From an uncultured delta proteobacterium (lineage in GTDB: Bacteria; Desulfobacterota; Desulfobacteria; Desulfobacterales; SG8-13): 64,000 nt of DNA. The stretch is taken from contig CAWKCK010000017.1 of the NCBI GenBank assembly GCA_963848135.1, positions 1 through 64,000 on the forward strand, given 5' to 3'. A model generated the notes under the pieces. It was not told the DNA's origin, did not search any database, and saw only the letters and a program-made list of their open reading frames with translations. The translations under genes were made by a program, and so were the position numbers. Shown here in pieces: positions 12,844 through 25,205 of this stretch (the stretch's first letter is position 1; every line of letters begins with the position of its first letter).

Positions 12844-13452
12844 ATGGAATTCATTACCAAAATTGCCAGTTACACACCCGTCCCGGCCGGCGGCGCCGCT
12901 GTTGCGAACTGTTTCTGTATGGCTGTTGCTCTCATATACAAGGTGGTTCTGTTTGAAACCGAACGCAATGACTCCCCTTCCCTGATCGGCACTAACCTGC
13001 CGGTGGTAAGAAAAGAAATCGATCGGTTGCTGCGGGATGCGGAAACACTTGTGGAAGAAGACTCGGAGGCCTATTTGAATTTCGTGCAATCCCGGCGTGA
13101 TGGAAAAACCCTGCAAATGAAGCAGCACTTCAATGATATCATCGACGTCAGCATGAAAGTCATGGAAAAATCGGCAACGGCCTTTGATTGGATACGGCAG
13201 CTTCACCCGCTTGTGTCGCCGACCTTGCAGACCCACCTCCTGGTGGCCGGTGAGCTGTTGATGGGTTCGATAAACGCCACCGTGCATGTGGTGAAAGCCA
13301 ACCTGGAATCAATCAAGGCTGAAGATAAGAAGCAAAACTATCTGAAACGACTATACGGCCTGCACCGGGATTACCACACCCGCTACAGACATATTATCGA
13401 CAGTTTCTCGGTGGATCAAAATGCTGCCAACTCGCAAGCTGGTCCAGACTGA
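12844..13452 (+). CDS. Formiminotransferase-cyclodeaminase C-terminal (cyclohydrolase) family protein
   Basis: ASYTPVPAGGAAVA, LVEEDSEAY, NATVHVVKANL; start uncertain (12820-12844). Confidence 0.7.
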   Translation: MEFITKIASYTPVPAGGAAVANCFCMAVALIYKVVLFETERNDSPSLIGTNLPVVRKEIDRLLRDAETLVEEDSEAYLNFVQSRRDGKTLQMKQHFNDIIDVSMKVMEKSATAFDWIRQLHPLVSPTLQTHLLVAGELLMGSINATVHVVKANLESIKAEDKKQNYLKRLYGLHRDYHTRYRHIIDSFSVDQNAANSQAGPD

Positions 13453-13514
13453 ATGCATTGGCACATTGCTAAAATGAAACCAAACATCACTTATGATTGA
13501 TACCGAAGGATGCT

Positions 13515-13712
13515 ATGGCGACAGACGCTAACACCCCCGAGCCAAACACCGCAAACGAACCGACCTTGGAGCAACCCGGTAAGCAGGTGAAATTCGAAAT
13601 TTACGGTGAGGAGATGATCGAGAAAAAGGTCAAATCGAGCGGTAACAGCGGGCGCGTTTATCTGCCTCCCAACTGGGTCGGTCACAATGTGAAAATTATC
13701 CGCATCGACTGA
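13515..13712 (+). CDS. DUF2080-family small protein
   Basis: EKKVKSSGNSGRVYLPPNWVGHNVKIIRID signature. Confidence 0.75.
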   Translation: MATDANTPEPNTANEPTLEQPGKQVKFEIYGEEMIEKKVKSSGNSGRVYLPPNWVGHNVKIIRID

Positions 13713-13776
13713 TGCCACTTACTGGTGTCTGGTTCGCTCACTCTATAAATCATGAATTAGCCGTGGGGATCTACCC

Positions 13777-14214
13777 GTGGACAATGTTCTTATCAGAAGA
13801 TTAGAGCCCGGTGATGCCGATGAAATCAGCCGAATATACGCTGCCATCACCCAAAAACCCGTTCGGGCGGATTTTAAAAAACTGGTCGAAAGTCATGCGC
13901 ATCGTACCGAAGATGCCTGCTTCGTGGCCGAATTTGACGGCCGGGTCGCGGGCTTTATGGTAAGTTATATCATGACGTTGGGGTTCGGCATCGAAAAAAG
14001 TGCCTGGATTGCCACGCTCGGGGTGAATCCCCAATATATGGGGCAGGGGGTCGGGGCAGAGCTGGCGCGCGAGGTGTTTAAATTCTACAAGGCCGAAGGA
14101 ATCCACAACGTTTACACCTCGGTCCGGTGGGATTCCACCGATTTGCTATCCTTTTTCAAAACACTCGGTTTTGACCGGAGCAATTTCATCAATTTGAGGA
14201 AAGTGCTCGAATAA
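13777..14214 (+). CDS. GNAT family N-acetyltransferase
   Basis: LGVNPQYMGQGVG acetyl-CoA motif. Confidence 0.9.
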   Translation: MDNVLIRRLEPGDADEISRIYAAITQKPVRADFKKLVESHAHRTEDACFVAEFDGRVAGFMVSYIMTLGFGIEKSAWIATLGVNPQYMGQGVGAELAREVFKFYKAEGIHNVYTSVRWDSTDLLSFFKTLGFDRSNFINLRKVLE

Positions 14215-14320
14215 TCAATGTTGAAAATGAATGGTGAGGTGGGATTGATTCCCCCCAATGCCACATTGTCACGAGCGTAATGGGTGTTGCGGTATTCGTA
14301 CAGGGGTATTCCAATCCGGG

Positions 14321-15889
14321 CTAGTTTGCATTGGTCGCAGCATTACCGGCAGAAGGCGTATGCTGCCGGATTTCACTAACACCGGGGGGCGACACACCTG
14401 CCGCTTCGGCCATCACATTAAAGATATGGGTGTTGTCGACGATCCGCGTACCGGGATACCAGGCACCTTCGTATTTTTCGAACAGGTGAATACCGCTCCC
14501 CAGTGCATAAAGTCGAACGAGCTCGTTGGTATGCCCACTTGAGCCGTAACGGATCTCATTGTCGGGATAGATGTATTTGCCGCAGTATACCACCTCACAA
14601 GGCGCATCCGCCGCATCTATTTGACGTGGCAGCTCCCCACGCCCCAGACGCTTCCCGAACCGCATATGGCTGTTCCCATGGTCGGCCGTCACGATCAACA
14701 GAGTATTCGACCAGTCGATCGTATCATCCGGCTGATCAACGAACGCAATCGCCGACTGAACCGCAAGATCAAGATCCCAGATCGTGCCGATCATGCGCCG
14801 GTAGTCGTTGGAATGATTGGCCCAATCGATGTCCCCCTGCTCGAACATAACGAAAAAGCCACGAGGCTCCTGGCTCAAAAGTGTCAGTGCCGCCGATACA
14901 CTATCCTTGAGCAGAGGGTTTTCAATGGTCGCTCGATCCACTGCCGGCGTTTCGGGCCGGTCCTGCGGTTGCGGTGATTCAAAGTTTCCATCCCGACCGC
15001 CATATAACCCAAAGAGCTTTTTCCCGTTCAAAACCGCGTCCCGAGAAGCCGCCTGCAGCGCAACAGCCCCATCGATACCGGCTTGTCTCTCGATAAAATC
15101 ATAAACGCCGCCGACACCATCATTTTTCAGCGCGATGTAGTCGGATTCAGACAAATACTTGAATTTGCCATACCACTGGGGATGCCCACCGCCGATAACC
15201 ACATCCGGTTGAAGGGAATGAATAATCTCGCTGGCAATGCCGGTGGTGTCATTGCGGTTGGTGTTATGGCTGACGTGGGCCGCCGGTGTCGCATGGCTGA
15301 TTGGCACGGTACTGACCACGCCGATGGCTAATCCCCTCTTCCTGCGCAGAATCTCGGCAATGGTGGGCAATTCGCCGCTCGGAGGGTCCCCGGAAGCCCA
15401 GGCTATATTGCCGGTGTCGGTCTTGTGACCGGTTGCCCAGGCCGTGGCGGCAGAAGCTGAATCGGTGGCGACAGCGGTAAGATAAGCCTGATCCATGCCA
15501 ATGGTTTGTAACGGATAGGGTTGAATACCGCCCTTGGAGATGTCATATCCCAGCCAGGGAAGGAAATGATCCGGATTGAAGGTAGGCGCTTCGCTCCGGC
15601 GCGCCCAGTAATTATACGTGTTGATATCCCAGGTGGTGACGTAGCCACGATAGGGAAACCGATGAAACACGAGGGCATCGTCCTGACCGAAAAGATAACG
15701 ACTGGCAGCAATTTCGTGAGCCAGTTGCATCCCGTCGCCAATGAACAGGATGATGTGCGTGACCAGTTGCGGATCACTTTTTCGGGGCGTATCGCTGCCG
15801 GCGTGGATCTCCGAGAACCAAACCGCCACGGTAAAAAATATCATCAAAATTGTGCCGGTCATCCGGCGATGAATTATAGGCTGAATCAA
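14321..15889 (-). CDS. Alkaline phosphatase family protein
   Basis: ILFIGDGM, TDSASAATA, SHATPAA, EQGDIDWANH, TADH. Confidence 0.9.
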   Translation of the reverse strand: MIQPIIHRRMTGTILMIFFTVAVWFSEIHAGSDTPRKSDPQLVTHIILFIGDGMQLAHEIAASRYLFGQDDALVFHRFPYRGYVTTWDINTYNYWARRSEAPTFNPDHFLPWLGYDISKGGIQPYPLQTIGMDQAYLTAVATDSASAATAWATGHKTDTGNIAWASGDPPSGELPTIAEILRRKRGLAIGVVSTVPISHATPAAHVSHNTNRNDTTGIASEIIHSLQPDVVIGGGHPQWYGKFKYLSESDYIALKNDGVGGVYDFIERQAGIDGAVALQAASRDAVLNGKKLFGLYGGRDGNFESPQPQDRPETPAVDRATIENPLLKDSVSAALTLLSQEPRGFFVMFEQGDIDWANHSNDYRRMIGTIWDLDLAVQSAIAFVDQPDDTIDWSNTLLIVTADHGNSHMRFGKRLGRGELPRQIDAADAPCEVVYCGKYIYPDNEIRYGSSGHTNELVRLYALGSGIHLFEKYEGAWYPGTRIVDNTHIFNVMAEAAGVSPPGVSEIRQHTPSAGNAATNAN

Positions 15890-15902
15890 AAGAGTTCCTC
15901 TC

Positions 15903-17603
15903 TTAGCTCAGAATGTCATTGAGACAATCAGACAGCTCTTCTATAGTATAAGGCTTCTGGATAAATCCGCTGCATCCTTTTTCCAGAACTGCATTCACAT
16001 GGTCATCGATGTCACACCCGCTTGAAATCAGAATCTTTATACCGGGTTTAATTTCTCGCAGGTGTTCAAACACTTCACCGCCCCCCATGCCCGGCATTAT
16101 CATGTCCAGAATGACGAGATCGATCACGCTTTCATTGGCGCGAAATACCTCGAGTGCCGCATAGCCGTCAGCCGCACCGAGTGCGGTGTAGCCCATTTTT
16201 TTCAGCAGCTCAAGACCGACTTTCAGCACCACCTCTTCATCTTCCACCAGCAGGACGACACCTTTTCCCCGATAAATTTTGGGAGAAGGTACTGCCTCGG
16301 GATGGTGGATTTTCTCCCCTGTTGTCGGAAGAAGAATGGTGAAGGTTGTCCCCTTACCCCTGTGTGATTGAACATCGATGTAACCGTTGTGCCCCTTGAC
16401 GATGCCGTACACGGACGCCAACCCCAGACCAGTGCCTCTGCCGAGTTCTTTAGTGGTGAAAAACGGTTCAAATATCCGCTCCTGTATGTCGCGCTCCATG
16501 CCGATACCGGTATCTGTAACGGTCAATTCAACATAAGGACAGGATTTGGGATTATACACCGTGTCCGTGATATCGCTCCGGCTCACATTGCGAGTTTTCA
16601 GAATCAATTCGCCGCCGGTTGGCATGGCATCGGACGCATTGACGAGAAGATTCATCAAGACCTGCTCGAGCTGACCTTGATCTCCACTGACGGCATGGAG
16701 ATTCTCAACGAGCTGGTAACGGATGAGGATGTTTTTGCGGGTCCTGCCAAAGGCCTCGCCGAGATTGTTGACCATCCGGTTCAAATCCAGCGGCCGAACA
16801 ACGTACCGCCCCTTGCGGGCATAACCGAGCAGCTGAGCCGTCAATTTGGCACCGCTGCGGACCAGTTGTTCAATGTTTGTCAACATTTCGCGATGGGGGT
16901 GCGAGACATCCATATCGTTAAGCATAATGGAGGCACTTCCTTGGATTCCCATCATCAAGTTATTGAAATCATGTGAAATCCCACCAGCCAGGGTACCGAT
17001 GGCCTCCAGCTTTTGCGCTCGCAGCAATTGCCCTTCAAGTTTTTTCCGCTTCTTTTCCAGTTGAACACGCTCGGAAATATCCAGGAAAAAATTCAAGACA
17101 GCCGGCTGGCCTTTCCAATCGATACGCAAACCGGTCACCTCGACCCATTTTGTTTCACCGCTTTTGGTGACCACACGAAATGAATGCGATTTACTGATGA
17201 CCTCGCCATCGATTCTCTTCAAATGCCTCTCGAGCGCCGAATTTCTATCTTGTGCGTGCACATACTTAAAGGGATCGCTGTTATCAATGGTCTCCTCACC
17301 GGACAACCCGAGAAATTGCGAAACGGCCGTGTTGGCAAAGACAATTTTTTTATCCTTAATCACCACCATTCCGACACTGATATTCTCTATGACCGTGCGG
17401 TATTGTTCCTCCGATTCGCTTAACAGCCCCTCTACTTCTTTCAACCGGGCAATGAGTTGCGACAGTTGGTTGACATCTCTTAAATGCCGATTTCCAGTCC
17501 TTTGGGCAATTCGGCGATAATACGCCACCTCCAACTGCGCTTCCCGCAGTTGACCTTCCAGTTCGGCGCACTTTTTTTGGATATTCGTCTCTTTCTTCGG
17601 CAC
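15903..17603 (-). CDS. PAS-domain hybrid sensor histidine kinase/receiver
   Basis: [13 protein letters not shown]-box, N/G/F boxes, C-terminal REC domain. Confidence 0.92.
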   Translation of the reverse strand: MPKKETNIQKKCAELEGQLREAQLEVAYYRRIAQRTGNRHLRDVNQLSQLIARLKEVEGLLSESEEQYRTVIENISVGMVVIKDKKIVFANTAVSQFLGLSGEETIDNSDPFKYVHAQDRNSALERHLKRIDGEVISKSHSFRVVTKSGETKWVEVTGLRIDWKGQPAVLNFFLDISERVQLEKKRKKLEGQLLRAQKLEAIGTLAGGISHDFNNLMMGIQGSASIMLNDMDVSHPHREMLTNIEQLVRSGAKLTAQLLGYARKGRYVVRPLDLNRMVNNLGEAFGRTRKNILIRYQLVENLHAVSGDQGQLEQVLMNLLVNASDAMPTGGELILKTRNVSRSDITDTVYNPKSCPYVELTVTDTGIGMERDIQERIFEPFFTTKELGRGTGLGLASVYGIVKGHNGYIDVQSHRGKGTTFTILLPTTGEKIHHPEAVPSPKIYRGKGVVLLVEDEEVVLKVGLELLKKMGYTALGAADGYAALEVFRANESVIDLVILDMIMPGMGGGEVFEHLREIKPGIKILISSGCDIDDHVNAVLEKGCSGFIQKPYTIEELSDCLNDILS

Positions 17604-18123
17604 AGCGGTCTCAACCTATTTATTGATCAATCTTTGGCTCAGATAGGGTGAATAAAAGAAATGGTGGCGAGGACGTAAGGTTTTTATATGTCGAATTTTA
17701 CTTCCCCGCTATATTTCGTGTTGCATGGGTAAGGCCGTTCGGGGCGCAACTGTAATATTGGGCGGCAAGCCGTGAAACGATCGTTAATGCAAGAACCTCT
17801 GGCTTACTCATGATAGCCCGGAATTTTCATCAACTGGAGGCTATTGTGGCCAATCGCACACCTTCAATCAAATGATCAGATGTGTGATCCCGCATAGCGG
17901 GAGGCAGTTCGAGGTGATGCTGTAGTCAGTCTACTGCGTTTCTCGAATAAAGCTGGCCATGAGAGCCACCGGTTGACCCGAACGGTGAAATCTTTTCAGC
18001 TCTTTCATTAAATCTAGGGGAGGTACAAAGTGCCCCAGGGTTATACGGTTCATGAGTTTGACCATCACCCCGATATAACTTCCTTTTGACCGCTCGGTGA
18101 AACAATTTCATGAAATGTTCGGG

Positions 18124-19353
18124 CTATTCCTCGGCCAGAATTACCAGAACGCCGGTCCAGTCTAATCCTCTGCTTCTCTCCATTAAAGGCGCAACCTCAA
18201 CACCCGAATAAACACCGAAAAATGGGCAGCCGACGTGGTTGAATATCTTCTGGACTTCGGAAGCTTCCTCAACCGCCGTCAGGGAATAGTCTGCCGCACG
18301 ACCAGCACAATCGATGTAGAATCCCAACATGGCCCGACGCTTCTCGGCCTGAATCCGAGACATCAATTCCGCAGTATTGTGCCGGGCCGATTCGATCATT
18401 TTCTGAGTGTCCCTGAGCATGAACTGGATTTCCGCGCCCTCTTCGATGTCGGGCTCGAACAGACAGATGCCTTCGCCCTTGGGCAGGACCCCGGTTATGA
18501 GACGATTGACGTAACGACCCTCGACCGGATCACCGTATTTTTCCCCGCAATTGATGCCGATGGTCAGAAGATCCACGGGTTTTTTATTCTGCCAATCCTG
18601 CGAGCCGTAAAGGTCATCGATTATAGGTACAATCGGCTGGCCATCCAATTCGAATATGCACGCCCCATCGCTCTTCGTCACTTGATGGTAAGTTCCGTTA
18701 AGAGGTGTACAGCCATGGGTGATACAATAGTACACCGAAAAATCGCCGCTCAAAACTGCCCCGACGACGCTTTGATTGCCAACGGAGGATCCACAAAATT
18801 GAGCCGTCGTTTTCATCAGAGAAAAATCGCCGACCAGGCCGGCACCGATGACCGGTATGCCGGGCGTGAGCCCGTCTTCAATGCCGCCTATCAGCAATGA
18901 CGATGCGTTCAATACCGGCGGCACTTTTGCATGCGCAGGGTTTCTGATGGAATCGTAAAAAAAGAGCAGCAATTCGTCTTCGCGCCCAATATCCAACTGT
19001 CTCATCAAGCGACGACCGGCATCACCTTCACTCGCGTTCAACCGATCGGCAACGCCGATGCGGCATCGAAGCGTATCCGATTGAATGGCCACCGCACCCG
19101 CCGGAAAACCGTTATAGGATATGATGGTGTTTGTAATAATTCCAATGGTGGATCCGCCGATGATCGGTATCGATCTTCCGAGTATCGATTGCAAACCCTC
19201 GAAATACGCTTCATGGTCGATGTTTCCGCTGCAAAAGGCCAATACCAGATCAACGGGACGATCAAAGCCGCCACTGGCCAGAATCCTTTCAGCCACCAGC
19301 TTACCGGACACCCTGGCATTGGGATGGTTACTGTATCCGGTCCCAACTTTCAT
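18124..19353 (-). CDS. FIST N/C signal transduction protein
   Basis: MKVGTGYS, IIGGST, HGCTP, YIDCAGR, GVYSGVEVAP. Confidence 0.85.
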   Translation of the reverse strand: MKVGTGYSNHPNARVSGKLVAERILASGGFDRPVDLVLAFCSGNIDHEAYFEGLQSILGRSIPIIGGSTIGIITNTIISYNGFPAGAVAIQSDTLRCRIGVADRLNASEGDAGRRLMRQLDIGREDELLLFFYDSIRNPAHAKVPPVLNASSLLIGGIEDGLTPGIPVIGAGLVGDFSLMKTTAQFCGSSVGNQSVVGAVLSGDFSVYYCITHGCTPLNGTYHQVTKSDGACIFELDGQPIVPIIDDLYGSQDWQNKKPVDLLTIGINCGEKYGDPVEGRYVNRLITGVLPKGEGICLFEPDIEEGAEIQFMLRDTQKMIESARHNTAELMSRIQAEKRRAMLGFYIDCAGRAADYSLTAVEEASEVQKIFNHVGCPFFGVYSGVEVAPLMERSRGLDWTGVLVILAEE

Positions 19354-19517
19354 TTTACCTCTCAGTGACAGATATTCTCTCTGATTTTCAACGAAAGCGT
19401 CGTCTGGTGGCAGCCTGAAGCGCTTTTGGTTGAACTCGCAGAGCCAGACCATGGAGACCTTCAAGATAGAAGACCAACGGCTAATCGGTTGCGGTGGGGA
19501 ATATGCCCCTTAACGGC

Positions 19518-20351
19518 CTATAATTCAGCCAGGAGCTTCAGATCAACAGCATGCAGGTTGCCAGCCTCTTTCTGATTTTCCAGTTTGAACTGAAATATTA
19601 AATTCCTGTCCGGAAGATCATAACGGCTCGTGCCCTCCGGTAGATCGGATTTGTTGAAGTAAGCCGTCTGGTAGGGCGAATTCGGGTTTCTGGCATCCGT
19701 AATCCACAAACCGCCCGAAATCTTCATGAGATATCGCATATATCCTCTGCCGCGCTGTTGATCATAGTGGTAGCAGCGACCAACGACAAACGAACCGCTA
19801 TCTCCCCAGTTTTTTCCTCGTGGCTGCTTCAGGGGAAAAAGGTTGGGTATCAAATAGCCGGGCATGAATACATCGGCTTCATAGCGCAAATCCTTGGCGA
19901 TATTTTGAAACGCAACGATTTCAACCCGACAGCCCTTGTTCTGCAAAGCCCGAACAACCTTTACGAAGTCTCCATCGCCGGTTGCGAACACCACCCGATC
20001 CAAATTCTCAGACTGCAAGAGTGCGTCAACCCCCATGTCGAGGTCGGCATTGGCTTTGCAAAAGCGGTTACCGGAATCATCGGTATACCATTTGACGATC
20101 TTACGATTGATCTTGTAACCGTACTCTCTCAAGGCAAAAAAGAATTCATTGATCTTGTACTTGTATTTTGAATCTTTAGCCGCACGTTCCTCGTCGTAAG
20201 CGACATAAACATTCAGCCGTGCGGCTTCGGCACCATCTCGACAGGCAAATTCGCGCAGAACATCATACTGCATGCCGAATCCGCCGTTGAGTCTCAGATT
20301 TTCGGCATCGACATAAACCCCGACTTTAGAGCTGGAAATAATACCGACCAC
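19518..20351 (-). CDS. NYN domain (LabA/DUF88) protein
   Basis: VYVDAEN, KANADLDMGVD, TGDGDF. Confidence 0.88.
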   Translation of the reverse strand: MVGIISSSKVGVYVDAENLRLNGGFGMQYDVLREFACRDGAEAARLNVYVAYDEERAAKDSKYKYKINEFFFALREYGYKINRKIVKWYTDDSGNRFCKANADLDMGVDALLQSENLDRVVFATGDGDFVKVVRALQNKGCRVEIVAFQNIAKDLRYEADVFMPGYLIPNLFPLKQPRGKNWGDSGSFVVGRCYHYDQQRGRGYMRYLMKISGGLWITDARNPNSPYQTAYFNKSDLPEGTSRYDLPDRNLIFQFKLENQKEAGNLHAVDLKLLAEL

Positions 20352-20399
20352 TTCTCCTCCCTATTGCTCTGCTTTTTTGATTCAAGATACCAAATACCA

Positions 20400-21848
20400 T
20401 CATTGTTTCTGGGGTATAATAATCATGTCGATCCGGCGGTTTGCGGCCCGTCCTTCCGCCGTCTCGTTCGACATCAATGGTTTCGATGACCCATACCCGA
20501 TGGCAAACAGTTTGCTTTCCGGCAGGGTTTTGTTGGCAATCAGATATTGCTTCACGGCTTCGGCCCGTTCCTGGGATAGTTGTTCATTGACATCTGCCGA
20601 ACCGGTGCTGTCCGTATGGCCCTCGATAATGACCTCCGGTTCGTCGAAGCTGCGCAGCGCTTGCTGCACCTTGCTCAACAAGGCGTAATTTTCGGGCATG
20701 ATAACGGCCTTGCCGATGGGAAACTGCATTCCTCTCAGACGGATGACCAGTTGGTCTCCCTGCCGGTAGACTTCGGCCTCCTGTTTATTGAAGTAAGATT
20801 GGATGGCCTGGAACTTCTCGTTGAATCGTTTCTCGGCTTCCAGGCGTTCCTTGGCCATCTGTTCCTCTCGGCTCTTGCCTTCCAAGCTCATTACCGCAGC
20901 ACCGAGCGCCTCTATTTCGCTGTTCTGCTCCTTGATTTTACTGTTGAGAAAATTCTGATTTTCCTGCATGGCCCGAACCGAACCGGTAATATTGTCCAGC
21001 TGAATGTCAAACTTCTGGTCGCGCATGTCCGGAGCCGACAACTGGCTCGTCGTTTTATAGAGGATGTTTTCGATTAGCAACGTGATCTGTTCGGGATTCA
21101 TACCCTGAATTTTTTTACCTTCCTGAGTCAGTTCATAGGCTCGACGGGCATAAAATAGGGCATCTTTGGCCTTGCGCGTCATCTCCTCTACTTCGTACGG
21201 GTTCGCAGAAATAAAGGCATCGGTGGCATTGAGCTTCTGTACGGCTGTCACATAAGCCTTTGGGGCGTATTTTTTAGCGTCGGCCCGTTCGGCAGCCTTC
21301 AAGGTTGTGCGCACTTCCCCGAGTACGTTGCTTTTGATGGCGGTGATCTCAAGGTCTCGAAATGCGTCCGCGACCCTCTTTCGGTTCCGCATGGCATAGC
21401 CGAGATTGTTTTTTTCGATTTCCCTCGTGAGCCTGAGAAAGTCGTTTTCGGTCCACTTGTACCCATTCAGGCTGGCCGCACCGGCTTTGCGTGCCATTTC
21501 CCTCCGGTTGATGACATCCGTCAGTGTGGTACGTGATACAGTGGCAATCTCATCGGCCTTGCGCAACTCTTTCTTTCCATCAGCGACATACTCCGCGATT
21601 CTTGAAATTTCGGCCTGGTCTGCCAATCCTTTTTTCGCGGCTTCAAGTGACGCTTCGGCTTTGCCGTACCACGTGGGAGCCAACAGGTTGACCTGATTTG
21701 AACGGGCGTTGGCCATGGCCCGTTCGAGCCCAGCCACATGAGCACTGGGGTTGGTGACCGTCGAGGTGGTCACACCTTGTTGGGTAGGCACGCAGGCCGA
21801 TAATAGAAGCAAAACCGTCACCACCATCGCAATCCAATTTTTCTTCAT
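20400..21848 (-). CDS. OmpA-family lipoprotein
   Basis: Lipobox LSAC; EGHTDSTG, LSQERAEAV, NRRID. Confidence 0.9.
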   Translation of the reverse strand: MKKNWIAMVVTVLLLLSACVPTQQGVTTSTVTNPSAHVAGLERAMANARSNQVNLLAPTWYGKAEASLEAAKKGLADQAEISRIAEYVADGKKELRKADEIATVSRTTLTDVINRREMARKAGAASLNGYKWTENDFLRLTREIEKNNLGYAMRNRKRVADAFRDLEITAIKSNVLGEVRTTLKAAERADAKKYAPKAYVTAVQKLNATDAFISANPYEVEEMTRKAKDALFYARRAYELTQEGKKIQGMNPEQITLLIENILYKTTSQLSAPDMRDQKFDIQLDNITGSVRAMQENQNFLNSKIKEQNSEIEALGAAVMSLEGKSREEQMAKERLEAEKRFNEKFQAIQSYFNKQEAEVYRQGDQLVIRLRGMQFPIGKAVIMPENYALLSKVQQALRSFDEPEVIIEGHTDSTGSADVNEQLSQERAEAVKQYLIANKTLPESKLFAIGYGSSKPLMSNETAEGRAANRRIDMIIIPQKQ

Positions 21849-22135
21849 CTTTGCATCCTTTTCCATAAATTTCATTATTATCGCCACGGCTAAGATATTG
21901 GAGGATCCATTCATAATTGGTCATCTATCGTAAACTTTTTTGTGGCCGGACTGAAGTCGTCGTCGGAGCACTGGACTCGGTATCAGACATTTTTCTTTTC
22001 TGTGGTCGGCTGTTTTTTAGTCCATTTTTAATTCGGAAGCAAATGTTTTCGAGCCAAAATTTCTGTATTCATTTCGATATATTTTTGATCTGGCCATTTC
22101 ATGGCCTGCTGATAAATGGTCATCAAACATGCGCG

Positions 22136-22834
22136 TTACCGAACGATCGGGTAGTTATCGTGTCCCCATTGCCGGATTCCGTGCCGCATATTATAAATGC
22201 GCTTGAAACCTGAATCGAGCATGATTTTTGAGGCGACCGTGCTCCTGTTTCCAGTAGCACAATAGATCAAAATATCCTGATTCTTATACGCCGCAATTTC
22301 ATTCAGACGTGCCTGAAGCTGCTGGACCGGCACAAGTATGGCATTTTCCAGGTGACCGCTTTTGAATTCGGCATCGGTTCTTACATCCAGGACCAGCGGC
22401 TGAATATTTTGAATAAGCTCGAAGGCTTCCTTGCTTGATACTTCCGAATAATTTGGCTTTCGAAAGTCGACAACCGAGATCTTTCCGCTCAGTTCCCCGA
22501 GGGTAAACGCAAAAACACCGGTTGTTTTCATTTTGAAGTAAGGGGCCTCAGCCGGATTTCTGAACAACATCTGCTCAATCGACAATGCCGGGATCTTCAA
22601 GTATGGATTGACGATGGAATCACCGATGTCAAACTTGATATAATCGCCGCGATAAACCGTCAACGATAAGACCTTGCCATCAGGCGGAACGGTGATCGGT
22701 AGAATGCGATAACCACCGACAAGTTTGCCGGAGATGTCTCCACCCGACGGGGACGCCATTGACGCTGGCGGTACGAAAAGGACCAAAGAAACGATGAGGA
22801 TAGATATCGCTATCAGAAATACTGTATTCTTCAT
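22136..22834 (-). CDS. Exported rhodanese-domain protein
   Basis: Signal peptide; LDVRT...GHL, YCATGNRS. Confidence 0.85.
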   Translation of the reverse strand: MKNTVFLIAISILIVSLVLFVPPASMASPSGGDISGKLVGGYRILPITVPPDGKVLSLTVYRGDYIKFDIGDSIVNPYLKIPALSIEQMLFRNPAEAPYFKMKTTGVFAFTLGELSGKISVVDFRKPNYSEVSSKEAFELIQNIQPLVLDVRTDAEFKSGHLENAILVPVQQLQARLNEIAAYKNQDILIYCATGNRSTVASKIMLDSGFKRIYNMRHGIRQWGHDNYPIVR

Positions 22835-23099
22835 GGGTCACCTCTGATATTTTTAACCTTCCCCTTGGAAGGCCTTCACATGCCTTTATACGCCCAATTT
22901 AACGGATAAAGGCTCTATTCAATTGAAATTAAAAACCGTTTTGTTCGATTGCGGCTTAACCAATTTAAGAACGTCTCGGTTGAGACGCATCATCCGGGCA
23001 TTGACTCCGGGCAAAAGTCTTCAAATATAGTCTCTTACCAGTACAATGTCTACTTTTCTGCGTGGGCACGCTGATGCAGCGCCAAGCACGGGTCAATTT

Positions 23100-23501
23100 T
23101 CACTGACTTTGGTTGACTGCCGGTGGTCTAAATCGTAATACAGTACCGTCAATTGCACCTGTTCTCTCTCGCCGACCGATAAAAACGTTGCTGGCGATGA
23201 CAACGGCCGTTCCGATGACAACCGAAAAGGTGGGAGTTCTTGCCAGAAAAATCAACCGAGGATGGTGGCCCAAATAATGGCACTGTAACCGTAAGGTGCC
23301 AATAGCGATGATTCGGCGTGTCGGAAGGCCGCTTTTTTTGGATACTTGCTGTATGGCGGTAAATATGCCGATTCCGATCAGCCACGGCAACAGATCAAAC
23401 TCAAGGGGAGCGCCGAACAGAAGGGTATATGGCGCAGAAACGACAACTTCGATTAGGATAATATAAAATGTGGCCAACAAGGTCAGGCTGATACCCCGCA
23501 A
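23100..23501 (-). pseudogene. DMT/EamA transporter remnant
   Basis: An alternative frame reads AFRHAESSLLAPYGYSAIIWATILG*FFWQELP (EamA C-terminal repeat); frameshifts, an internal stop and no N-terminal half. Confidence 0.65.
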
Positions 23502-23590
23502 CGGGCTTTCCGGTACAGATTCTCCTCAATTCACAGTGGAATTCAATGGTTACAATTCGCAGATCTTATCTAAAAAGTGCTCCGTGCGCG

Positions 23591-24784
<1,194 letters not shown>

Positions 24785-25205
24785 TTAAAATCCGATGACG
24801 AGCTGTCGCTTCAGCCCCTTCGGCGCGTGTCATCGCCATCCTGGAGAAATGACATGATACTTTTGGATTCGATATCTTTTGATCCTCTGATGGCTATATT
24901 CCTTATATCCAATGTGGTTAAACCGGGAATGACTATTGGTTGCCCCAAACAATATGATACTGACAAGGCACAGACTTTGTGTTAATTAATGAATTTTGTT
25001 CATTGCTCTTAGTTTTTTGATATTGCGAAAATAACGAATCGAATGAAAGCAGCGAGCGGCCCGTTCGCCCATGTGACAAAATGGAGAGCCTTTGCATGGC
25101 GGGCGGATGAAAGACCTTGCCGCACCCACGTCCGACAACGCCTTTGATTACCTGGCAAAAGAACTGACATGGCCCGTGAAATATGCGGGCTATGTTTGGA
25201 TGCCC

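Noticed and set aside
17604..18123. Hidden gene between the FIST and kinase genes (61-aa ORF)
   Set aside because: No recognisable motifs or RBS
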